A stretch of 64,000 nucleotides of DNA from positions 29,759 through 93,758 of the forward strand of contig JAFZUT010000018.1 in the NCBI GenBank assembly GCA_017618175.1, written 5' to 3'. A program made the translations under genes and the position numbers. The DNA comes from Alphaproteobacteria bacterium. GTDB lineage: Bacteria > Pseudomonadota > Alphaproteobacteria > Rs-D84. Positions 25,848-33,841 of this stretch are shown piece by piece (the stretch's first letter is position 1; the number at the start of each line of letters is the position of its first letter). The notes under the pieces were generated by a model, which saw only the letters and a list, made by a program, of their open reading frames with translations, had not been told where the DNA came from and did not search any database.

Positions 25848-26360
25848 ATGAGTAAAGTTTTATTATTCGGGCTAATCGCATCGGTTTTAACAATCAACGC
25901 ATTTGCCGATCCGGTCACAATCACGACCCAAGATTATGTTGATACCACGGTCGCCACCAAACAAGATAAAATATCCGCCCATGGTACGGTTAGTATTGGA
26001 AACGTTTCTGCCTATGGGCTTCCTGATTCTGTTATAACCGACACCGATACAGACGGTGTTGTCGCAAAACGGGTTATTATGTATGGTGCCGGTCCGTGGT
26101 ACGTTACAACCGACTATATGGGCAATGCTCTTAAACAAGGCGTACTTTTGACGCAAAACTCGATTAAGAGTATGGCGAACACTATGGGGTACAGTGACGA
26201 TGATTTGGACAAGGCATTGGTTTCCGCCGGTGTGATAAATGATGCCTTTCGTAAAACGAACGAGACAATATTAAATAGACAACTTAAAAAAGTCTGTGTT
26301 CAATGGATTGAAAATGTGGCCGAAACCGATGCAAATTGTTTGTTGTGGAATTTACCGTAA
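25848..26360 (+). CDS. Secreted protein (170 aa), paralogue of 11004..11603 (DYVD...KQDKI and NCLLWNL motifs)
   Basis: An internal ATG with RBS AGAGGGG gives the signal peptide MSKVLLFGLIASVLTINAFA. Shares TxDYVDxxxAxKQxKI and the C-terminal NCLLWNL with the 199-aa protein. Confidence 0.75.
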   Translation: MSKVLLFGLIASVLTINAFADPVTITTQDYVDTTVATKQDKISAHGTVSIGNVSAYGLPDSVITDTDTDGVVAKRVIMYGAGPWYVTTDYMGNALKQGVLLTQNSIKSMANTMGYSDDDLDKALVSAGVINDAFRKTNETILNRQLKKVCVQWIENVAETDANCLLWNLP

Positions 26361-26380
26361 ATAGCAAATTTCTTATAAAA

Positions 26381-26406
26381 ACACCGGCGGGAAACCGCCG
26401 ATGTTT
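26381..26406 (+). terminator. Rho-independent terminator
   Basis: CGGCGG-GAAA-CCGCCG hairpin followed by a T-run. Confidence 0.65.
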
Positions 26407-26463
26407 TTACCATCGCCCACTTTCGCGCGTTGCACTTCGGTGGACAGGGCCTGACGAAAGTGA

Positions 26464-26604
26464 CCGTCATCCCGTGCTTTTTCTTCGTCATCCCGGCGAA
26501 TGCCGGGATCTCTTCGTTATCAGGTGAGACTGAAAAGATACCGCCCTATATCACCCACAAAAATGCAGCTCATTTTTGCGGGACCCGATGTGGCGGTATG
26601 ACGG
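26464..26604. repeat. MITE-like nested palindromic repeat, copy 1 (~140 bp)
   Basis: Termini CCGTCATCCCGTG ... GGCGGTATGACGG. Internal modules GTCATCCCGGCGAATGCCGGGATCTCTTCG and CACCCACAAAAATGCAGCTCATTTTTGCGGGACCCGA are shared with 33695..33834. Confidence 0.8.
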
Positions 26605-26633
26605 TGTTATGATAATTACTAATACAAAAATAC

Positions 26634-26657
26634 ATATCGGCGGTTACCCGCCGATAT
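26634..26657 (-). terminator. Terminator of the 111-aa minus-strand gene
   Basis: ATATCGGCGG-GTAA-CCGCCGATAT followed by a T-rich tract on the minus strand. Confidence 0.6.
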
Positions 26658-26706
26658 GCTCTCCTTCCTTCCGGAAACCGGAAACTGTTTGTTTGTGTGT
26701 AAAAAA

Positions 26707-27042
26707 TTATGCCGCCATTGCCACGGTGTTTTCAGATTTGCCTTCTTCGGCGTCCATAATCCGCTTGGCTTCGGCAAAGACCATTTCTTTCACACGCAAC
26801 GCCAATTCTTTCGTGTCCAGCGATTCCGCCGCAACATCGAAATTATCGGTACGAATTTGCAATGAAACATAGGCGCCGACCAAAGAAGTGCGTGGCAAAT
26901 CTTCGATTGAACGTGGCGCGTTGTTGTGACCGATTTGCAATTCATCGCTAAGCGATATTATCTGTCGGTCGGCATTGACCCACACGGTTGTGCTTAACAC
27001 TTTGTGCAGGGCAATCATGATTTCTTTGATGTTTTTTGGCAT
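26707..27042 (-). CDS. Hypothetical protein (111 aa)
   Basis: Strong RBS (AGGAGGGA), its own terminator, no signal peptide, no family recognised. Confidence 0.6.
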   Translation of the reverse strand: MPKNIKEIMIALHKVLSTTVWVNADRQIISLSDELQIGHNNAPRSIEDLPRTSLVGAYVSLQIRTDNFDVAAESLDTKELALRVKEMVFAEAKRIMDAEEGKSENTVAMAA

Positions 27043-27090
27043 GTGGCGTTCCCTCCTTTCTGGGCGTTGTCAAAAATTCAAAGCAGTTTT

Positions 27091-27113
27091 TGTATTTACA
27101 CGATGTATTTACA
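27091..27113. promoter_or_regulatory. Operator-like duplicated 10-bp palindrome
   Basis: TGTATTTACA-CGA-TGTATTTACA lies ~50-70 nt upstream of the 26707..27042 start. Each unit is TGTA-N2-TACA. Confidence 0.35.
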
Positions 27114-27302
27114 AATCACTGAATCAAATTTTTTGGTTGTTCCTTGTTTTTCCCAGAAAACCGCGTTTTCCTTAGATTTCTGGGCTTTTTTGTTTTGGTC
27201 CCTTTGTCTATACACGGATGATAGAACAAAAACGAATCGATGGTCAAGAGAAAAAATGAAAAAAATTAAAAAAAATTTTATTTTTTGAAAAAGTCTTTGC
27301 AA

Positions 27303-28886
27303 TTACACGAATTTTTCAGGGATGATTTTGGTCATTTTTTTGAATATGCGTCTAAAAATTGTTGTGTCGGGGTCACGGGTGTACACACGTGGTTTTGTAT
27401 CCCCGGTTCTGCGCCCGGTCCATATTGTTTTATCGCCGTCTGTGGTCACGTGCCAAGATGTCTGGGTGTCGCGCATAATCATATCACGCACGCGCGCCGC
27501 GAATTCTGGGCTTTCAAATATCGCTACATTTTCTGTATTGTAATATGCGCTGCGTGGGTCCAGGTTAAAACTGCCTATCCACGAAATTTTGTCATCAAAA
27601 ACAATTGTTTTACTGTGCATAACCGAAAAGCACGATGGTTTGTTCAGGTGTCTGCGCCGTCCACCGCGCAAATTTTCCGCCGACAACATAAATTCATACA
27701 CGTCCGCACCGCCATTTATTAAATCGCGCCGATAATTTTCCCATTTTCCAAAGACGGTTGGCGCATTTGTTGATGCCAAAGAATTTGTAACAATGGTTAT
27801 ATGAACGCCGGCCTTTTGTTCGTTTTGCATCAATTTCATTCCGCCAATTCCCGGCACAAAATATGCCGCAGACACATACACACTGTGTCGGGTTTCGCGC
27901 CAAAGCCGGTTTAATGCCAACATAATTTCACCACGATATCGTTCTTTGCGTTCCATCGGCATTTCGACTTTTTCCGGTGGGTCTGCAATAAATCGACCGT
28001 GTCCCCAACAAAAATCGAACAGTTTATTTTTGAATTCGTATATCACCAAAGATATAATTTTATTATATCGGCGAACGCTTTCGTTACTGGTCCGTTCTAA
28101 TTCGGCAAAATTCCGTTCAAATTTGTTCATTGCGCAACGCGATTTAGCCTTTGGAATAACGAACGCAGGTACCGCCAAGTGATGCATCCAATATTTATTA
28201 AAACTGTCCGCGGCGCCACGCGTGATTTCGCCCAAGAACAAAACGTCTGTGTCGGAAAAATTTGATGCATCATCGGGCATAAAATAATTACTGCCCACAT
28301 TGCGACCGCCGGTAATCAACGCGACATTATCAACAATGAACAGTTTATTATGCATCCGCGAATTCAACCGGTTAAAATCCATCAATATCTGGGGATAGTA
28401 CAAAATGCGCGACCGATTTTTGACGGCATTAAAGATTTTCACTTCTATATTTGGATGTTGGTTCAGTAAAATTACATCTGCGATATCGGAACGTGTGCCA
28501 TAATCGTCAATCAGTATGCGCACCTTGACCCCGCGGTCGGCGGCATTTTTAAGTTCCCCAATTAAAATTCGCGAAGAAAAATCATTACTGTAAATATATG
28601 TTTGAATGTCAATGGTTTTTGTTGCCATACGCGCAAATGCGGCGCGAATGACAAACGCAGACAGGCCGTCTTCAATCAGTGTTGCGCCACTAACATTTTT
28701 CGATTGATTTAATTCAGTTTCATATTGTTTGGCAATTGGCGTCTGCATCGGGTCATATTCCGCATCCGCTGCGACAATTTTTGGGTTATATGTTGCCAAA
28801 CGTTTGTCGCGCAAACTGGTTGGGATGGTTGTGCAACCAACAAACGGCAACGCCAATAATAACCAAGAAAAATTACTCAAAGCCAT
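27303..28886 (-). CDS. Phospholipase D-family lipoprotein (two HKD motifs; ClsC/PLD-like)
   Basis: Lipobox signal (LLLALPFVGC). HKD motifs HNKLFIVDNVALITGGRN and HSKTIVFDDKISWIGSFN. Confidence 0.85.
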   Translation of the reverse strand: MALSNFSWLLLALPFVGCTTIPTSLRDKRLATYNPKIVAADAEYDPMQTPIAKQYETELNQSKNVSGATLIEDGLSAFVIRAAFARMATKTIDIQTYIYSNDFSSRILIGELKNAADRGVKVRILIDDYGTRSDIADVILLNQHPNIEVKIFNAVKNRSRILYYPQILMDFNRLNSRMHNKLFIVDNVALITGGRNVGSNYFMPDDASNFSDTDVLFLGEITRGAADSFNKYWMHHLAVPAFVIPKAKSRCAMNKFERNFAELERTSNESVRRYNKIISLVIYEFKNKLFDFCWGHGRFIADPPEKVEMPMERKERYRGEIMLALNRLWRETRHSVYVSAAYFVPGIGGMKLMQNEQKAGVHITIVTNSLASTNAPTVFGKWENYRRDLINGGADVYEFMLSAENLRGGRRRHLNKPSCFSVMHSKTIVFDDKISWIGSFNLDPRSAYYNTENVAIFESPEFAARVRDMIMRDTQTSWHVTTDGDKTIWTGRRTGDTKPRVYTRDPDTTIFRRIFKKMTKIIPEKFV

Positions 28887-28988
28887 ACGAACATTATACC
28901 GTCCCCATCACATTTAGCAAGTCAAATCAGCGTGAAAAAAATCCCAACACAGATAAAATTCATTTCATCCGTGTTTTTCACTTGCGTT

Positions 28989-29014
28989 GATAATCGTGAT
29001 AATGATAAAATAAT
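28989..29014. promoter_or_regulatory. Fur-box-like GATAAT hexamer array
   Basis: GATAAT-CGT-GATAAT-GATAAA-ATAAT lies 25-50 nt upstream of the 29039 start. GATAATGATAA matches the first 11 nt of the classical Fur consensus. Confidence 0.35.
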
Positions 29015-29038
29015 ACGGAACGGAAGGAAGATTTTACA

Positions 29039-32000
29039 ATGAAAAGACTTGCTATATTTATTGGTGGCCTGCTTGTGTTGCCCGCATTTGCTGAGGTTGC
29101 ACCTGTTTTATATGAAGATATTGAATACGCGGATGTTGTGTATGATGAATACGGCAATCCGGTGTATTACACCGATTATACGGACGCGGATTTAACCCCG
29201 GAAATGGACGAAAATGTGACGATGCCTTCTGTTCCTGCGTCACGCAGTGGATCCGCATCGCGTGCAAACACTAACCGCACAACAATCGGTCGAACGGTAC
29301 CCACAACCAATGCGGGTGCGGCCACGGGTCGTGCGTCTGCGGCAAATTCGTCACGTGTGGTGGCGGCGCGTACAACATCGAATTCTTCCCCACGTTCAAA
29401 CACCAATTCGCGCAGTGTTTCATCGCGTACAACATCAACCACGGCAACGCGCACAACAACCGATACAGATGCCACGCGGGCGGCGGCAACCCGTGCAACG
29501 GGCGGGGCGGGGCGTACCGCAACATCAACCCGCACAGGCGCATCCGGTGGTGCGACGGTGGCACGAACAACAACATCGCGTAATGCGACATCATCGCGCA
29601 CGGCAACGACCGGTGCACGTGTAAATCGTGCATCGACCAACGCGGCGGTGGGGGTGACCGGCAATGTTATATCTGCTGCGCCCATCCGGGTAACCACGGC
29701 CAGCGGCACAACAAACGCGGATTACCTTACCGACAGTGGCCAAAGATTATATAACGCAAACGGTGCACGTGTCAGTGTTGCGAACCGTGTTCCAACAATT
29801 CGTATGTCATCGGTCAGTGGCATTTCCACCGATACCACATCGGTCAGTGCGACCACCCCCGCAGAAATGGACGAATTGGCGGAATTAACCGATTATTGCA
29901 AGGCCCAATATGCGGCGTGCATGGATAATTATTGTAACGTCTTGGACGACAACCAAGGCCGTTGCAGTTGCAGTGCCAATATTAAAAATTATGCCAAGGC
30001 CGAGGCCGCATTGAAACAGGCAACCGAAGAATTGCAAGAGGTTGCACAAAAGATTCAATACATTGGTTTGTCCGCGCGCGAGGTTGAAACCCTGTTCACC
30101 CAGACCGAGGCGGAATTGAAAATGCAATCCACCACCGATACCAGTCAGTTAAAGACCAGTCTGGACAAGATAAAAGATATGATTATCGAGGTTCAATCCG
30201 GCAACGCATCATCTTCGAATTCGTCTTTCCTTTCGTTTGATTTATCGGGTCTGTTGGACTTTACTATTGACAGCACCGGTTTTGATTTATCTTCGTTCTT
30301 GGGTGGTTTTGGCACGAATTCAAACGGTATCAATAACCAACGCGGCGAAGAATTGTTCAAAACCGCAACAAATCGTTGCAAGGCGAACGTCTTAAAGGCC
30401 TGCACGGCCCAGGGTGTTGACGGTTCATTGGTTACGAACGCGTATGATTTAGAAATTGACCGCGAATGTATCGCCTATGAACGCAGCCTGAACGATTCCA
30501 ACGACCAAATGGTTGCAACGGTGCGCAACGCCAAAAGCGTTCTGCAAAAGGCGCGCCTGTTGGTGGAACAATCGAAAAACGAATACGATATGCGCGGATG
30601 CATAAACGCACTTGATTCCTGTATGCAGGATGAATACGTTTGCGGCACGGATTATGAAAAGTGCCTTGATCCGTCCGGCCGCTATATCGTGAACGGCGAA
30701 ATAGTTATTGGTACCGACCCGGGTCGCGCGGTGAATGGCATTGGAGACGCCACAAATGCCACGGGTGTGTTGGACGGCGATATATGCAGTATGAATTTGT
30801 ATAACGTTTGGAATTATGGTTCATCCACGGCGGGCCAAACAACGGCCGGTTGCAAAAACGCATGGAACAGTTACAGCCTGAACGGTTCCAACAATGGTAA
30901 TTTGGCGGATTATATAAACACAACCGTGACGGCAACTGCGGCCAAGAACGGCGGTTTGGGTATGTCTGAATTTATCCAAAACAAAATCGGTTATGTTGAT
31001 GGCGACAAAAATTATGGTATGTGCATATCGGTGCTGAATAAATGCCAAGATTACACATACACCGGCAAGGGTTCTTCGCGTAAATATAACCCCGTGAACG
31101 AGGTTGTAAAACAATACTTGGATCGTATGTTGATTCAAATCAAGGCAAAGCAAGACCAAATCTTGGCGGAACACGCGGAAAGTTGTATAACGGACGTGAC
31201 AACATGCCTGTCCCAGAACAATTATCCGTTTGATGAGGCATCAACGAACCAGGTTCAGGCGAATATCGCAATCAACGCGTGCCGTTCAACAATCGTGACA
31301 TGTATGTCGGTGAATGGTTATTCGGTTGAAAACCCGACCCCATCTGATTTATCACGTTGGATTTGTGGTATTACCACCGGCAGTGTCGATTGCATCCCAA
31401 ATTCCGGCGGCGGTTCCGGGGGGGGTGAGACAACAACCTATACAGTTACATACAATTGCAACGGTGGAACTGGGACGGCACCGGCGTCACAAACGGTTCA
31501 ATATAACACTCAATTCATGACACGTGCCAACACATGTACCAAACCGAGTGCAAGTCAAACGTTTGATGGGTGGCTTGTGGGAAGTACGTCATCTGATAGT
31601 GTTGTTTGGCTTGCAAATAGGACATATACATACAATTATCAATCTGATAAAACACTTTATGCGCGTTGGACTACGGTGACGGGTTCTTGCACTCCAACGA
31701 CACTTGGAAATTGTAACGAAACAACGTGCGGAAGTTTGGGGGGAAATTACATATGGTGTACTACCGGGTCTAGCAGACCGTCTTGTAAATTAAGAACAGA
31801 TTGTCCGGCCGCATGCAGCGCGACCAATTTGCCGGCATGCGACAGTGATGAGTGTGGGTTGTACAATGGTAATTGGTGCGCATCGGGAACAACGATTAAC
31901 TTCTCATGCAGTGATACTGCAGGTGCCTGTTGTTTGGGCAATCCAACCGGTTGCACGCGCAATCAGTGTGATGCCCTGAATTATAAATGGTGTGTCCAAA

Positions 32001-32200
32001 GAACTGGCGATACACCCAAGTGTACGAGTCAGTCATATCAAGTGGAATGTTGTGTTGGTTCTGTCGCGGGTTGCGCACGCGAGCCGGATTGTATCGCCGT
32101 TGGTGGAACGTGGAATGGGACCAGTTGCAGTGGCAGTGGAGATGATGGTAGGTACCAATATAATACGATAGAAATTGAAGGTGCGGAAGTAAATCCATAA
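29039..32200 (+). CDS. Large secreted multidomain Cys-rich protein (1053 aa)
   Basis: Signal peptide (LLVLPAFAEV). Arg/Ser/Thr/Ala-rich low-complexity region at about aa 66-215. Long helical region with six C-x6-7-C motifs. One Listeria-Bacteroides (InlB B-repeat) type domain at aa 800-878 (YTVTYNCNGGTG...FDGW...TLYARW). Four tandem 4-Cys modules at aa 884-1030. Confidence 0.8.
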   Translation: MKRLAIFIGGLLVLPAFAEVAPVLYEDIEYADVVYDEYGNPVYYTDYTDADLTPEMDENVTMPSVPASRSGSASRANTNRTTIGRTVPTTNAGAATGRASAANSSRVVAARTTSNSSPRSNTNSRSVSSRTTSTTATRTTTDTDATRAAATRATGGAGRTATSTRTGASGGATVARTTTSRNATSSRTATTGARVNRASTNAAVGVTGNVISAAPIRVTTASGTTNADYLTDSGQRLYNANGARVSVANRVPTIRMSSVSGISTDTTSVSATTPAEMDELAELTDYCKAQYAACMDNYCNVLDDNQGRCSCSANIKNYAKAEAALKQATEELQEVAQKIQYIGLSAREVETLFTQTEAELKMQSTTDTSQLKTSLDKIKDMIIEVQSGNASSSNSSFLSFDLSGLLDFTIDSTGFDLSSFLGGFGTNSNGINNQRGEELFKTATNRCKANVLKACTAQGVDGSLVTNAYDLEIDRECIAYERSLNDSNDQMVATVRNAKSVLQKARLLVEQSKNEYDMRGCINALDSCMQDEYVCGTDYEKCLDPSGRYIVNGEIVIGTDPGRAVNGIGDATNATGVLDGDICSMNLYNVWNYGSSTAGQTTAGCKNAWNSYSLNGSNNGNLADYINTTVTATAAKNGGLGMSEFIQNKIGYVDGDKNYGMCISVLNKCQDYTYTGKGSSRKYNPVNEVVKQYLDRMLIQIKAKQDQILAEHAESCITDVTTCLSQNNYPFDEASTNQVQANIAINACRSTIVTCMSVNGYSVENPTPSDLSRWICGITTGSVDCIPNSGGGSGGGETTTYTVTYNCNGGTGTAPASQTVQYNTQFMTRANTCTKPSASQTFDGWLVGSTSSDSVVWLANRTYTYNYQSDKTLYARWTTVTGSCTPTTLGNCNETTCGSLGGNYIWCTTGSSRPSCKLRTDCPAACSATNLPACDSDECGLYNGNWCASGTTINFSCSDTAGACCLGNPTGCTRNQCDALNYKWCVQRTGDTPKCTSQSYQVECCVGSVAGCAREPDCIAVGGTWNGTSCSGSGDDGRYQYNTIEIEGAEVNP

Positions 32201-32221
32201 AATATTACGAGGGATGATAAT

Positions 32222-33658
32222 ATGAAGAAATTTTTGACATGTGCGTTATGTTTTATGCCGTCTATTGCCGGTGCGGTGACTTTGTATTACACTCCGGGCC
32301 GTGAATGTCCCGGTTTGTACTTGAATTCTGCTGAAATCGGTTGCCCGGCGGATTCCCTGCGTGTGACACAATTAAATGTGACATCCCGTGCAGACGCAGA
32401 TTTTACTGGATATAATGTTGGCAATGTTGAAATTGTAGATTCCACCGGCAATATTAAATCAAACGCGGTTGAAACATTGGCCGCCGCAGCCGCAGCCGGC
32501 AATACTGTTTCCAAAGTCACCGGAAATTACGAATGCCAAACCGGCGCCCGGGAAAACAGCAACGGTGTGTGTGTCAATGCACTGTCTTTGGACACATCCA
32601 CATCTGAAAATATCGCATATATTGATTGGGAATCTTTGGTGAATAACACAAATCTTGATTCTGGTTACGAAATAGATCCCAATCAAATAAAAGATGATGG
32701 CGGCAAAGGCTGCTATTACGACAGGGATTTCGATATAGTGATTCATTGGTGCCCAAAAAATTATTCCGCAATTGATTATTCATATGGTGGTGCACATATT
32801 GCATACGGAAATAATCCCGTTGATTGGTCCGCTTTGCCATGCAATCAATCGACCGAGACATATCATTATCATTGGAACGGGGGAACATCTCTTGGAACAT
32901 ATACCAAAAATGGTGTTACACAAACTGAACTGGTGTTTCCATCTGCACTGGGTTGGTCTCCGCGCGGTTTGTATATTGTGGGTTATCCGGAATTCAAACC
33001 GAACGACAGTTCGTTTAATAACATTCCGTATTATTCGTTGCTTAAAACAATTGCAGATAATTTGGTGACAGAACAAAGTACGACGTGGGGACGTGCACGT
33101 TTGGGTTTACCTTTTAATCAGGCAAATGTCACCGATAGAATAATATTAAACAACACTGTGAATGGTTATGGCGACGCAAATGCAAATTGGCAGATTTGGA
33201 CGTGCCGTGGCGATGTGCAAACTGTTCATATGTATGCGGCATGGGCGCGTGATTGTGCCCCAGGTGATAGCAGCGCAACATGCACACGTCAAATTCAACG
33301 TCATGGTTTATCAAATCCGGACAAAGGCGACACCATGTATTACACATCGTGCACCAGTGGCACGCTTTCCGGCGATGGCACATATAACCCGTCTTGCGGC
33401 GAATGTTCGGCGACAAATTTAGGTCAATGTAGTAAAAAAGACTGCGTATTTTCGAACGCACATTGGTGTGTGGTTGGTGGTACGGAACAATGTGTGGCCC
33501 AAGGCGCATCCGCCAGAAGTTGTTGCGTTGACGATTTTACCGGCTGTGACAGCAAGGGTTGCGGCCTGATGGGTGGCACATGGGATGACACGACATTGAC
33601 ATGTACAGGCAATGACGGTGATGGTGACACCGGAGACGAAAGTCAAGAGGGTGCATAA
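32222..33658 (+). CDS. Secreted Cys-rich protein (478 aa) sharing the C-terminal 4-Cys module
   Basis: Starts 21 nt after the previous gene with RBS GAGGGA. Signal peptide present. The C-terminus carries two copies of the same module (CSATNLGQCSKKDCVFSNAHWCVVGGTEQC, CCVDDFTGCDSKGCGLMGGTWDDTTLTC) and an acidic tail. Confidence 0.8.
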   Translation: MKKFLTCALCFMPSIAGAVTLYYTPGRECPGLYLNSAEIGCPADSLRVTQLNVTSRADADFTGYNVGNVEIVDSTGNIKSNAVETLAAAAAAGNTVSKVTGNYECQTGARENSNGVCVNALSLDTSTSENIAYIDWESLVNNTNLDSGYEIDPNQIKDDGGKGCYYDRDFDIVIHWCPKNYSAIDYSYGGAHIAYGNNPVDWSALPCNQSTETYHYHWNGGTSLGTYTKNGVTQTELVFPSALGWSPRGLYIVGYPEFKPNDSSFNNIPYYSLLKTIADNLVTEQSTTWGRARLGLPFNQANVTDRIILNNTVNGYGDANANWQIWTCRGDVQTVHMYAAWARDCAPGDSSATCTRQIQRHGLSNPDKGDTMYYTSCTSGTLSGDGTYNPSCGECSATNLGQCSKKDCVFSNAHWCVVGGTEQCVAQGASARSCCVDDFTGCDSKGCGLMGGTWDDTTLTCTGNDGDGDTGDESQEGA

Positions 33659-33664
33659 AAAATT

Positions 33665-33690
33665 AAAAACGGGTGTTGCCCCGTTTTTTT
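33665..33690 (+). terminator. Terminator after the two-gene Cys-rich operon
   Basis: A-run, short CGGG...CCCG hairpin, then T7. Confidence 0.5.
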
Positions 33691-33694
33691 ATAT

Positions 33695-33834
33695 CGTCAT
33701 CCCGGCGCAAGAACCCGTCATACCGCCGAAAGGCGGTATCTCTTCAGTATCGCCTAATAACGAAGAGATCCCGTGTCAAAGTCACCCACAAAAATGCAAC
33801 GCATTTTTGCGGGACCCGACGCACGGGATGACGG
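33695..33834. repeat. MITE-like nested palindromic repeat, copy 2 (~140 bp)
   Basis: The right module CACCCACAAAAATGCAACGCATTTTTGCGGGACCCGA has the same orientation as copy 1. The central ~42-nt module (GGCGGTATCTCTTCAG...CGAAGAGATCCCG) is the reverse complement of the copy-1 module. Terminus CACGGGATGACGG complements the copy-1 left terminus. Confidence 0.8.
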
Positions 33835-33841
33835 AATAAAT

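Noticed and set aside
29176-29709. Several overlapping ORFs (177, 125 and 120 aa) on both strands at the 5' part of the 1053-aa gene
   Set aside because: They are produced by the locally GC-rich, stop-poor Arg/Ser/Thr/Ala low-complexity coding region. The sense-frame ORF has a signal peptide and RBS and continues for 3 kb.
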